Below are positions 41,695-51,564 of a DNA stretch of 64,000 nucleotides, piece after piece; position 1 is the first letter of the stretch, and each line of letters starts with the position of its first letter. Under the pieces are notes generated by a model. The model did not search any database and had not been told where the DNA came from. It saw nothing but the letters and a program-made list of their open reading frames with translations. The translations under genes were made by a program, and so were the position numbers. Where the stretch lies: contig CALSSZ010000008.1 of the NCBI GenBank assembly GCA_943789145.1, forward strand, positions 5,433 to 69,432, given 5' to 3'. Source of the stretch: an uncultured Pseudomonadales bacterium (GTDB lineage Bacteria; Pseudomonadota; Gammaproteobacteria; Pseudomonadales; Porticoccaceae).

Positions 41695-43221
41695 CTAGGG
41701 CTGTTCTAATTTATTAAGGGCCACTGGCAATAAGCGCTCAATAAACTTGCTATAAGCCAGAGTTGAGGGGTGTAGCCGGTCAGCGGCTACCAGCATAGGA
41801 TCTTCCAAACCCTCTCTGGTGATGTCGGTAATATAAACATATGTCAGGCCATTGTCTTCACAATAGTCTCTGGCAAAGTTGTTATAGAGATCTATGCCAG
41901 CACTGATGCGCGTGGGCTCTCTAAATTCGCCAAAGGGGGTATAGGCGTAGTCGGGAATGGACAGCGCGATAAGCTTGCTGGGATCTCCGCCAACAAAAGA
42001 AATAGCCCTGTCTACCAGTTCTATAAACTCTGTCTCATAGACTTCAAAAGGCCGGCTTTGAGATTGGTTATTTACCCCAATTAGCAGAGTTACCAAATCA
42101 AAATCACTGGCTGGGGCTTCGCTTTCTATAGCGCTCAATAGATTAGTGGTGGTCCAGCCGGTCTCGGCGATAACTTGCAAACTGATGGTATCCCGGTCTG
42201 AGTATTCAAAAACCAGGCTTTGCTTAAGCTGTTCGGGAAAGCTGCAGGTATCGCATACTCCTTGGCCGATCGTGTAGCTGTCGCCCAGAGATAGCAGCTT
42301 AAGATTGAGCGCATCGTCACGATCGGTAGATCTAAAGAACCGCCAGATCAGCTGATAAAGGTCAAAGTCCTCTCCAAATTCGGTACTGTGACCAGTATCT
42401 TCCGCTATAAAATAGCGCACCTTCTTATTATCCAGGCAGCCGGTAAAAGTAACTTCCTCTACCGATCGTTCACCCCAGGTTGTGGATCTGCTAGAGGGGG
42501 TCATTTCGCAGTTGAAGTTTGACGCCCAGTTTTCTGCACTGTCCTGGGCGGACATAAAATCACTGTCAGCAACACCAATACCGCCGTTTAACGGCACCAG
42601 TTCGTCATCGGTGCCATTAACTTGAAATACAGAGAGAGCCTGCGATGGCACTGTTTCTCCAGTTGCGACGGTCTGCTGACTAATCAGCGGGGCAATACCG
42701 CTAAATACTGAGGCCTCTTTGGCGATTTTATTGACCAGGCCTGCACCGTTAGAAATGCCTACTCCATAGACCCTATCCAGATTAAAGCTGCTGTCAGCAT
42801 CCAGGCTGTTAATAATCAGCGATACAAATGCCACATCATCAGCATTGGTTTCACCGCTGACATTCCAGCGCTGTTCATAACCATCGGGGAAAATACCAAT
42901 AAACTGTCCAGCATCAATTAGATCGCTAATATCCGGGTTATTGCTTAAAACAGCCTCACCACTGCCGCCAGCACCATGGAAAAAGAACACCACAGGGTAG
43001 CTGTTATTGGTCTGTTCCTCAGGAGCGCGGATCAAAAAGGTTCGATCGACTAGCTGGCCCCTAATAGTCTGGCTGACTATATTCTGCCCAGGCACAGGGA
43101 CTGAGATGGGCTCTGGGGTCGGAGTTGTAGGCTGGGGTTGAGATGCTAGGGTAGGGGAGCCGCCACCTCCGCCACCGCAGGCCGTTAGCAGGCAAACTGA
43201 TAACCAGATAACTAATCTCAT
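41695..43221 (-). CDS. lipoprotein with two esterase domains (LpqC/PHB-depolymerase-like alpha/beta hydrolase + SGNH/GDSL hydrolase)
   Basis: Lipobox LTAC, a Pro/Thr linker, VVFFFHGAGGSG...GVGISNGAG (GxSxG), then LSLGDSYTIGQG (GDS block) with later SGNH-like blocks. Confidence 0.7.
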   Translation of the reverse strand: MRLVIWLSVCLLTACGGGGGGSPTLASQPQPTTPTPEPISVPVPGQNIVSQTIRGQLVDRTFLIRAPEEQTNNSYPVVFFFHGAGGSGEAVLSNNPDISDLIDAGQFIGIFPDGYEQRWNVSGETNADDVAFVSLIINSLDADSSFNLDRVYGVGISNGAGLVNKIAKEASVFSGIAPLISQQTVATGETVPSQALSVFQVNGTDDELVPLNGGIGVADSDFMSAQDSAENWASNFNCEMTPSSRSTTWGERSVEEVTFTGCLDNKKVRYFIAEDTGHSTEFGEDFDLYQLIWRFFRSTDRDDALNLKLLSLGDSYTIGQGVCDTCSFPEQLKQSLVFEYSDRDTISLQVIAETGWTTTNLLSAIESEAPASDFDLVTLLIGVNNQSQSRPFEVYETEFIELVDRAISFVGGDPSKLIALSIPDYAYTPFGEFREPTRISAGIDLYNNFARDYCEDNGLTYVYITDITREGLEDPMLVAADRLHPSTLAYSKFIERLLPVALNKLEQP

Positions 43222-43231
43222 GCTCTATTTT

Positions 43232-43453
43232 TCAGCGGTCTTTTTTCGTGCGGACAATAGTAGTCTCCAGGCTGTCGTCCTGGAGACGCTTATCAATCTC
43301 TTCCATCGACAGATAATCCAGGTCCCAGTGATTGCAAATATCATTTCTGTACCTGGTGTGGTTTTTGTCGGTGGACTCTGATGTCTTTCGGTTAAAGTAT
43401 TTAAGTAATCTATCGGAAATAGCCATAAGAGATATACTACAGAATCCTGACAT
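43232..43453 (-). CDS. possible small basic protein (73 aa)
   Basis: ORF ending 10 nt upstream of the esterase start. No motif. Could be non-coding. Confidence 0.25.
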   Translation of the reverse strand: MSGFCSISLMAISDRLLKYFNRKTSESTDKNHTRYRNDICNHWDLDYLSMEEIDKRLQDDSLETTIVRTKKDR

Positions 43454-43629
43454 TGGATTGTTCAGCCACCGGTCAGTGAATCGAATCCAAGCCTTCTATT
43501 TGTCGGTTTTTTTAGTTAATGGTACCGATATCAATGGTATTATTTCTCGCCGCTATCATTAAAACATATCCCGTATTGCCTGCTTCGGTCAGTTGATACA
43601 GAGGATACCAACCAAAAAGGGTTTTTTAG

Positions 43630-44784
43630 GTGTACGAGATACTCTCGCTGGCTATTGTTATTACCCTGGGGACTTCGCTGTTTATCTGTCTTAAATGGCG
43701 CAATCTTGTTGTCACCGGCCCCATGCCATTATCTCTGCTGGCGTTTTCGGCAATACTGTTTACCTCTGGTCTAGACGTAGGCCTGATAATGTTCCCGCTG
43801 GTGGAGTTTCCGGTCTATGCCGCTGAAGAGGCCTATAGCTTTACCAACCCTCTGGCAATTGAGTTTGGCTTTTGGGGCTTTCTGGTCTGGGCATTCTATT
43901 TCTTAACCACGTTCTATTTTTGTATTGTCGAACCCAGAGTGAAGCTATTTGAGCTGCCCGCTATTCGCTGGCTTAACAATGCCATTATTATCGCCACCTG
44001 TGCCTTTACCGCTTTTTTATTTTTAAGCTACGCACCCAGCTATATAGAGGGCATCACAGCACCACAGCAGTACCTGCTGGTGGGCTTAATTATTTTGATT
44101 GCCGTGTTCTCCAGCACAGATATTCGCTATGTAAAGATTCTCAGCCTCAGTTCCAGTGCACTGTTTCTGGTGCTAACTCTGGTGATGCTAATGGCCTCTG
44201 GTGCCTCTATGCAGGGGTATTTAGGCTCCATAGCAAATATTGGCGGGTACTTTGCGAACCTGCATCGTTTTGTTAGTCCAATTAGCGATTACCATGGTTG
44301 GTACCTTTTTTGGTGGTTTGCCTGGAGCATTATGATTGGTCAGTTTGTAGCCAGATTTGTCAGTGGTTTAAAAACCTGGCAGCTGCTAATAGCGCTGTTG
44401 ATCATTCCCTCTGTTGCTATTGGTCTGTGGTTTTCGGTGCTCTATTATTATTTCTCCAATGAGATTGCAGTGGCCGGTATACTGCGCACCACCATGGTAA
44501 CCCTGGGCGTTATCTTTGTGATTAATTCGCTGGATTCATTAATCCGTCTTTACACAGATAATTTGTCGATGACTGTGAACCGTTTGGGGCGGCATCAGTA
44601 TATTATGGGCAACTGGTTGCTGCTGAGCGGGCTGGTGCTGTTATACCAGCTTACCCCTCTCAAGATTGAATGGGTGGGCCTGTTGGTGATTGGTTTGTAT
44701 ATGGTGATTTATATTATACTATACAGGCAAAGAAGTCTGCTTGGCGAGGATTTTCCTCAGTCTCAGTCCGATCACCGGGCCTAA
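43630..44784 (+). CDS. compact BCCT-like transporter (divergent, 384 aa)
   Basis: About 10-11 [26 protein letters not shown] resembles the BCCT Trp-rich signature (GWT.[23 protein letters not shown]). FTSGLDVGL resembles the BCCT AGMGIGL segment. GTG start. Confidence 0.55.
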   Translation: MYEILSLAIVITLGTSLFICLKWRNLVVTGPMPLSLLAFSAILFTSGLDVGLIMFPLVEFPVYAAEEAYSFTNPLAIEFGFWGFLVWAFYFLTTFYFCIVEPRVKLFELPAIRWLNNAIIIATCAFTAFLFLSYAPSYIEGITAPQQYLLVGLIILIAVFSSTDIRYVKILSLSSSALFLVLTLVMLMASGASMQGYLGSIANIGGYFANLHRFVSPISDYHGWYLFWWFAWSIMIGQFVARFVSGLKTWQLLIALLIIPSVAIGLWFSVLYYYFSNEIAVAGILRTTMVTLGVIFVINSLDSLIRLYTDNLSMTVNRLGRHQYIMGNWLLLSGLVLLYQLTPLKIEWVGLLVIGLYMVIYIILYRQRSLLGEDFPQSQSDHRA

Positions 44785-44786
44785 AC

Positions 44787-46502
44787 ATGGTGTATAAAGC
44801 AGTGCTACAGACAAAAGATTACGACTTTATTGTGGTGGGTGCGGGCTCAGCAGGTGCCATTGTGGCCTCCAGGCTGTCTGAAGACCCGGACTGCAATGTA
44901 TTATTAGCAGAGTACGGCGGGTCTGATGCCAGTGTATTTATCCGTATGCCTTCGGCTCTGGGTATTCCGATGAATAGCAGTAAGTATAATTGGGGCTTTG
45001 AGACAGCTCCTGAACCCTATCTAAACAACCGACGCATGAATTGCCCGAGAGGCAAGGTCATGGGTGGCACATCTTCTATCAACGGCATGGTCTATGTCAG
45101 AGGCAATGCTGCGGATTACGATGAGTGGGAGTCCCATGGTGCTGCCGGGTGGAATTACCAAAACTGTCTGCCTTACTTTAAAAAGCTTGAAAATCACCAG
45201 TGTCGAAGTAGCGAATACTCTGGCTCTGAAGGCCCGGTAGTAATATCCGCTGGCAATAATATGCGTAATCCTCTCTACCGAGCTTTTATCGATGCCGGGG
45301 TCGAGGCGGGTTACAGCGAGACTGATGACTACAATGGCTATCGGCAAGAGGGCTTTGGGCAGAAGTTTATGAATGTTGATGCTGGAGTGCGTGCATCTAC
45401 CAGCCATGCCTATCTTAAAACAGCCAAAAAAAGACCTAATCTAACAATTCTCAAGCGTGCTCTGGTGTCTGGAATCCAGTTTAAGGGTAAAACAGCCACC
45501 GGTATTCAATATATAAAAGGCGGCAAAATCAGGCAAGCCAGCGCGGCCCGAGAGGTTATACTCTGTGCTGGAGCCATAGGCTCGCCGCATCTACTGCAGG
45601 TGTCTGGTGTGGGGCCAAAAGGCATATTAGAAGCCGCTGGCATTAAACCTGTTCATGACCTACCAGGGGTGGGTGAAAACCTTCAGGACCATCTCGAATT
45701 TAATTTTCAGTATCGCTGCAAGCAGCCTATCAGCCTCAATGGCAAATTAGGGCTGTTGCAAAAGGGGCTAATTGGCGCTCAGTGGCTGCTGTTCAAGACT
45801 GGCCTGGGGCGCAGCAATCATTTTGAATCCTGCGCGTTTATTCGCTCCAGAGCCGGTGTAAAGTCGCCAGATATTCAGTATCACTTTTTGCCTGGAGCAG
45901 TCACCTATGATGGCTCCGAAGCCATTAAAGGCCATGGCTTTCAGGTGCATGTAGGGCATAATAAGCCTACCAGCAGAGGCTATGTGCGGGCGCTGTCCAC
46001 TGATATCAGTCAGCATCCCCAGATACTGTTTAACTATTTGCAGACCGAGGAAGACAGACAGGGCTTTCGAGACTGCGTGCATCTAACCAGAGAAATTATG
46101 AATCAGCCTGCAATGGATGCTTATCGCGGCGAGGTTATTCAACCAGCGTCCAAGATGGCGAGCGATGAACAGATTGACGCCTTTGTCCGCGACTCAGTAG
46201 ACAGTGCCTATCATCCAGCTGGCACCTGTAAAATAGGTGTTGATCAGATGGCTGTGGTGGATGCGGAATTGCGGGTGCATGGTCTCTCCAACCTGCGAGT
46301 TATTGATTCCTCAGTGTTCCCCACGGTGCCCAATGGCAACCTAAACGCTCCTACCATGATGGTTGCAGAGCGCGGTGCAGATTTAATTAAGGGTCACAGT
46401 CTCAAGCTTTCCAAGCCAGTACCGACATATACAGATAAGGACTGGAAACATAGGCAAAGACAGGGTGTCCCAGCCCGCCAGGGCTTAGGATTTCAAAGAT
46501 AA
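44787..46502 (+). CDS. GMC family FAD oxidoreductase (choline dehydrogenase-like)
   Basis: [25 protein letters not shown]-binding motif and a GMC C-terminal region (HPAGTCKIG). ATG 44787 lies 2 nt after the transporter stop. Confidence 0.85.
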   Translation: MVYKAVLQTKDYDFIVVGAGSAGAIVASRLSEDPDCNVLLAEYGGSDASVFIRMPSALGIPMNSSKYNWGFETAPEPYLNNRRMNCPRGKVMGGTSSINGMVYVRGNAADYDEWESHGAAGWNYQNCLPYFKKLENHQCRSSEYSGSEGPVVISAGNNMRNPLYRAFIDAGVEAGYSETDDYNGYRQEGFGQKFMNVDAGVRASTSHAYLKTAKKRPNLTILKRALVSGIQFKGKTATGIQYIKGGKIRQASAAREVILCAGAIGSPHLLQVSGVGPKGILEAAGIKPVHDLPGVGENLQDHLEFNFQYRCKQPISLNGKLGLLQKGLIGAQWLLFKTGLGRSNHFESCAFIRSRAGVKSPDIQYHFLPGAVTYDGSEAIKGHGFQVHVGHNKPTSRGYVRALSTDISQHPQILFNYLQTEEDRQGFRDCVHLTREIMNQPAMDAYRGEVIQPASKMASDEQIDAFVRDSVDSAYHPAGTCKIGVDQMAVVDAELRVHGLSNLRVIDSSVFPTVPNGNLNAPTMMVAERGADLIKGHSLKLSKPVPTYTDKDWKHRQRQGVPARQGLGFQR

Positions 46503-46504
46503 CT

Positions 46505-47308
46505 ATGCTTACTAAAACTCATTCAACTGTAGACGTATTTAACCAGCACTGGGCTGTTGGCAAGCATAATAACGACTTTGAATCCTCATTGCGGCTTGCT
46601 GTGGAGTATGAGTTGGATCATGGCGAAATAAACACCGATCTGCTGCAGAGTCTTGGATTTAGAGACAAACTGGAGGATGATCATGGGCGGGGAGTCTATC
46701 TGCACAGCAGAATTAGGCAGCTATCAAAACGCAAAGATTCCATTGTTGGGCAAGCTACCAGAATAAAAAGAATCGAGTCAGAAATGAGTTGGGTTCAGAA
46801 GTCTCTCAAAAATTTGAAAGATAATCACGGCGAGTTGCAAACCGAACCCTCTCTAGAGTCTATAGAGGCCGCTAAAAATAGCCTTGTTTTGCAGCAAAAA
46901 GCCGAAATGGATATTGAGGGCAAGCTGGCACAGGCTCTCTCCTGGGCAGTTACTATTGCAGCGATTGTATTTGTTTTGAGCTTAATTCCGGTTTTGCTGG
47001 TTTTTCCCAGCATGGCGTCCCATCAGTTTTCTTTATCTATTTTGGCTACTCTAGCAGGCACCATAGTATTTGGAGGGTTGGTTTTTTTTGGCACTCAAAG
47101 ATCCCATGAAAATTTAAATTTCCATTTGCGAACCCAGCACGATGAAGATTTAAATAACGAGGCCATGATTAAGGAGCTTGGCCTGCAAATTGAAAACGAA
47201 GAATTTCACCGCGTAGCCGCACAGATCCAGGAATTGCAAATGAATACTGCGCGGCTAAGGTATTCTCATAAAGTGAGTGCTGAGCGTCTGAATGCCCTGT
47301 TCATGTAA
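46505..47308 (+). CDS. hypothetical protein with a central TM hairpin flanked by long helical segments
   Basis: 267 aa. Starts 2 nt after the GMC stop. Hydrophobic pair WAVTIAAIVFVLSLIPVLLVF / ILATLAGTIVFGGLVFFG. Confidence 0.5.
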   Translation: MLTKTHSTVDVFNQHWAVGKHNNDFESSLRLAVEYELDHGEINTDLLQSLGFRDKLEDDHGRGVYLHSRIRQLSKRKDSIVGQATRIKRIESEMSWVQKSLKNLKDNHGELQTEPSLESIEAAKNSLVLQQKAEMDIEGKLAQALSWAVTIAAIVFVLSLIPVLLVFPSMASHQFSLSILATLAGTIVFGGLVFFGTQRSHENLNFHLRTQHDEDLNNEAMIKELGLQIENEEFHRVAAQIQELQMNTARLRYSHKVSAERLNALFM

Positions 47309-47312
47309 GGCG

Positions 47313-49604
47313 ATGTTAAAAACGCTTTTTGCAGCCCCATTGACAGGCTCGCTTGGTTATTTTCTATTATCCTCTCAGGCTCAGGCCGCTATCAGCATAG
47401 ATGGTGTGCTGGACGAACCAGAATGGGCAGGGGCAGAGCTTTACACTGAGTTTGTTACTGTGGAGCCGCTGACCGGGGAACAGGCAAAATATCCCACTGA
47501 GGTGCGTCTAATCAGCACCGCCGAGGGTATCTTTATTGGTTTTACCAATTATCAACCGGCATCCATAAAGCGAGTAAATCGGCAGTTCCCCAGGGATGCC
47601 GAGATTGAGGCAGACCGCAATGTAGTCAGCATTGATTTCGATGGCACTGCCCTGGCAGGTTATGACTTTACTGTGGGCTCAGCCAATTCACAGCAGGATG
47701 GCATAGTGACGCCTGGTAATTATTCTGCCGACTGGGATGGTATCTGGTACTCCCAGACCTCCTCAGAGGCGGATTATTGGTACAGCGAAATTCATATTCC
47801 CTGGACAGTTGCGCCCATGACTAATTCACCAGATGGCCGCAAAAATATAGGTCTTTGGTTTTCGCGGGTGGTATTTGATGAGTCTCTGCGCTTTGCCTTT
47901 CCCCAATGCCTATTTCACCCGCACAAGGTTTATGGAGGACTGGGAGCCACTGGAGGTAACTCAGGTAAACACTTCTACCATGGATTGGTTTCCCTATATT
48001 AGTTACAGCAGTGATCTCTATGATGGCGAAGCCTCAGAGTCAGGCGGTAGCAATGACTTTGATGGCGGTCTAGACTTTGTCTGGCGCCCCAACAGTAACA
48101 CCCAGCTCACCGGTGCTATTAACCCGGATTTTGGGCAGGTGGAGAGTGATGACCTGGTGGTTAATTTCTCTGCTGTAGAAACCTTTGTTACCGAGAAGCG
48201 ACCGTTCTTTCACAGAAAACCAATCGCTGTTTAGCGCTAATATCCCCAACGGCGATCAGGCCCTGTATACCCGGCGTATTGGCGCGGGGCCTGCAAGTTA
48301 TACGCAGCAGTCTTGTAGACATAGAGTTGGCCGCCAAACTGACCTATTTTGGCGAGACTACAGATTTGGGCCTATTTGCGGTGAGCGAAGATAGTGCAGA
48401 TAGCAGTCTGGGTGGAGACTTCTTGTCGACCAGGCTACAGCATAAGGTCGCTGGTCTGACTCTGGGTCATCGGCTGACTTATGTCGAGCGATCTGAACTG
48501 AATAGAGAGGCCAGAGTTCAGGTGGCCGATATGATCTGGCAAAAAAGTGACACTACAGAAATTCGCGGGCAGATTCTCCACTCGGATATCAGTCAGCAGG
48601 GTAACAGCATTAATGACCAGGCCAGCATTAGTAATCAGGACTTTGCCGGCTGGGTCAATTGGTCCTATGCACCCAATGATGAGTGGTATCACATTCTATA
48701 TCTGTCCCATTATGGCGACAGCTTTGATATGAACGATATGGGCTATATGCAGCGCAATGACTTTAGAGAGTTTTTTGGCAGCACCCGCTATGACCGGTTG
48801 CGGTTTTCTGACAGCTCGCGATTTCTCTCCAGCTCCACTGTACTGGAATATGGCTCCACAGAAACTACCGGCGGCGACCGCCTCTTTCTATGGGCAGAGC
48901 TGGATCACAGCTGGACTTACAGGTCGACCCGCAAGCTGGCCCTTGAGGGAGGTGCTGCGGCTCCTGGTTGGGATGATCAGATTACCAGAGGCAATGGGAT
49001 GCTGGCCGGCTCGGCGCGCTATTGGTTGGAGACTAGATATGCCAGCCCCAGAGGGAACAATTTTACCTACAGTGTCAGGGTTAATCTGGAATACAGCGAC
49101 ACCGAAAAACTGGCTCTGGATATGAACTTTAAGCCCCAATTCTACCTCAGTGAAACCGTTACTCTGGGTGGTAAATTTAGCTATAAAAAACTTCAGCAAT
49201 GGCTGATTTGGGACTTTGCTACAGAGCAGCTGGCAGCCTATAACGCCGATCATTTCAATGTGGATATTCGGGTTGACTGGTACCCCTCGAGCCGCCAGGA
49301 AGTGCGCCTAAAATTCCAGTGGGTAGGCATAGAATCGGCCCAGATAAACAGCTATCAGCTGACCAATGCAGGGCGTCTGCTGTCTTCAGATATCCAGGCC
49401 ACGGATTTTAGCTTAAGCGATACTGCCTTGCAGCTGCGCTACAGGTATCAGCTGGCGCCTCTGTCCGATATTTTTTTGGTCTATAGCCGCGGAGGCTATT
49501 TCGATACTGACGAGGCTGATAGGGGGCCGGGAAATTTGCTGCAGCAGGGATGGGATGGATTGCAGGTTGAATCTATTATAGCCAAGCTACGCTATAGATT
49601 TTAG
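47313..49604 (+). pseudogene. secreted CBM9/DOMON-like + DUF5916-type beta-barrel protein, three frameshifts
   Basis: Signal peptide MLKTLF...AQA. The conserved text continues across frames 0>1>2>0: ...LRFAFP|NAYFTRTRF...NPDFGQVESDD...EKRPFF|TENQSLF...YTRRIGAG|...VDIELAAKLTYFGE... Junctions lie at CCCC 47901-47904, TTT 48208-48210 and GGGG 48286-48289. Confidence 0.7.
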
Positions 49605-49934
49605 TGGTATTTGAAGCCTTGGTGAGAATCAGAGTGCTGGGCATCAAGAATTGAGAAATTTCTTTCCTAAAGTTCTTGGGTAAGATTGGGGTATCAGTTT
49701 TTAATGACTGAAAAATGATTAAATAGGTACTTATTTAGCTGTGCTTCTTGCATCATTTAATATGATTGATATCATCAAGATTTACCAAACAGCAATGAAC
49801 CATCGTGACTTTTACAAATCAAACTCTGTGTTCTTATAGCTCATCGAATTAACCCAAAAAAACCTAGTTTTAGCTTGAATAAAAAGCCTTTATTTGTAAT
49901 AGTCCCGAAAAAATTGAAATAGGATTTTGTAACA

Positions 49935-50684
49935 ATGAAGTATCTGTCACTTTTAGCATTTATGGCTGTGTTTATAGCCTCAACCCCGTCCGCGTCTGAG
50001 CTAGATGATCTTCAGGTTGCTGCCGAAAATGGCAATCCAGCGGCCCAATACTTTTTGGGGGTCATGCACGCGCAAGGGATTGATGTTGAAAAAAATACAG
50101 CTACGGCTGTTGAATGGTACTTAAAAGCAGCTGAGCAGGGTTTTGTGGAGGCTCAATATAATTTGGCATATATGTTTATGACAGGGGATGGCGTTGCTAA
50201 GGATGTGAATAAAGCCGCTGACTGGTATCTAAAGTCAGCCGAGGCTGGTCTGCCTGACGGGCAATTTAATCTCTCTCTTATGTATAAGCAAGGAGAAGGG
50301 GTAGAACAGGATGTTGAGTTGGCGATCAAATGGGCGAAATTGGCGGCAGAACAGGGTCATCTGGATTCCCAGCGCAATCTTGGAGCCTGGTTTGGAAAGG
50401 GTGAGGGTATAGAGGTCGATGATCAAGAGGCTTTTAAATGGTATTTGATGGCTGCTAAGCAGGGATATGAGTCGGCCACTATTATAGTGGGAGGTCGGTA
50501 CCTTTATGCTGGAGGGGTGGCCAAGGATTTGATAAAAGCCCATGCTTGGTTATCCATGTCAGACAGTGACATGGCAAAAGGCTATCTCAATCAGGCAGAA
50601 AAAGAGATGTCCGAACCGCAAATTGAAAAAGCGGAAGTCTATGCGGCGGCTTGTCTTGAATCTGACTATAAAGATTGTGATTAA
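49935..50684 (+). CDS. Sel1-repeat (SLR/TPR-like) secreted protein
   Basis: Signal peptide plus about six repeats of the A..WY.KAAEQG...AQ.NLG.MY type. Confidence 0.8.
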   Translation: MKYLSLLAFMAVFIASTPSASELDDLQVAAENGNPAAQYFLGVMHAQGIDVEKNTATAVEWYLKAAEQGFVEAQYNLAYMFMTGDGVAKDVNKAADWYLKSAEAGLPDGQFNLSLMYKQGEGVEQDVELAIKWAKLAAEQGHLDSQRNLGAWFGKGEGIEVDDQEAFKWYLMAAKQGYESATIIVGGRYLYAGGVAKDLIKAHAWLSMSDSDMAKGYLNQAEKEMSEPQIEKAEVYAAACLESDYKDCD

Positions 50685-50795
50685 ATTTAAGTGTATGACT
50701 CCCGTAAGAGCGGGCAGCTTAATAATCAGGATGGTCGCTATTGGCATTTTCCAAGTAGTAGCATTATTTTAGTGGGATAACAAAAAGAGCAAACC

Positions 50796-51564
50796 ATGAA
50801 ACCAGTCTGTTTAGTGATCGGCGCCGGCGCAGGTATTGGCGGTAACGTGGGTATGGGTTTTGCGGCCGAGGGTTACCATGCAGTGCTCTGCCGTCGCAGC
50901 GATCAAAACGGGCTTAACAAACTGGTGGCCGACATTCAGGCACAGGGTGGAGATGCCTCGGGCTTTCTACTCAATGCGATACAGCCAGACACCATCGAGC
51001 AAGATGGTTGAGAATATCGAAAAGGACACTAGGCCCTATCGAAGCCGTGGTATCTACAACCTGGGTGCCCAGATCGGCGACCGCGCACTGGCAGACACCT
51101 CATACAAAGCTTTTGAGATGGGATGGCGCATTGCCACCCAGGGTTTATTTCGCGCTGCCTCCTCGGTCTGCCCGCTGATGGAAAAACGAGGTCATGGCAC
51201 AATTATCGTAACCTCTGCCACGGCTGCGGTGCGTGGCAATGCAGGTCAGCACTCCCACGCTGCAGCCATGGGCGGGCGTCGCATGCTGTGCCAGTCGCTC
51301 AATGCAGAAATGGGCCCCAAAGGAATTCATGTGGCCCATGTGCTTATCGATGGCGTCGTAGATGCGCCGGACACTCTAGGTAAGATGCTTGGGCCAGAAC
51401 AGTTTCAGGCGCTGCGAGAGAGCAGGGGCCTCGAGCATGATGGCCTAATGCTGCCAGACAAAATTGCCGAGACCTATCTGCACCTGGCCCAGCAGCACAG
51501 ATCCACCTGGACTCATGAACTAGATCTGCGCTCATTTACCGATCTGCCTTGGTGGAACCACTAG
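50796..51564 (+). pseudogene. SDR family oxidoreductase interrupted by frameshift(s) near 51000-51050
   Basis: N-terminal ORF (VIGAGAGIGG) stops at 51009-51011. The text continues as MVENIEKD in frame +1, TLGPIEAVV is readable in the third frame, then YNLGAQIG...TSATAAVRG... follows in frame +1. Confidence 0.7.

Noticed and set aside
43481-43488. Possible att-type direct repeat of the tRNA-Ser 3' end (tcgaatcc) that would delimit an integrated island.
   Set aside because: The match is only 8 nt, which is expected by chance in 64 kb. No integrase or excisionase gene is present between the tRNA and this site.
50836-51003. N-terminal part of the 242-aa ORF 50836-51564 (MAVTWVWVLRPRV...).
   Set aside because: It is an out-of-frame read-through overlapping the genuine SDR N-terminus (50796-51011). 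Only the part after about 51004 carries SDR sequence.
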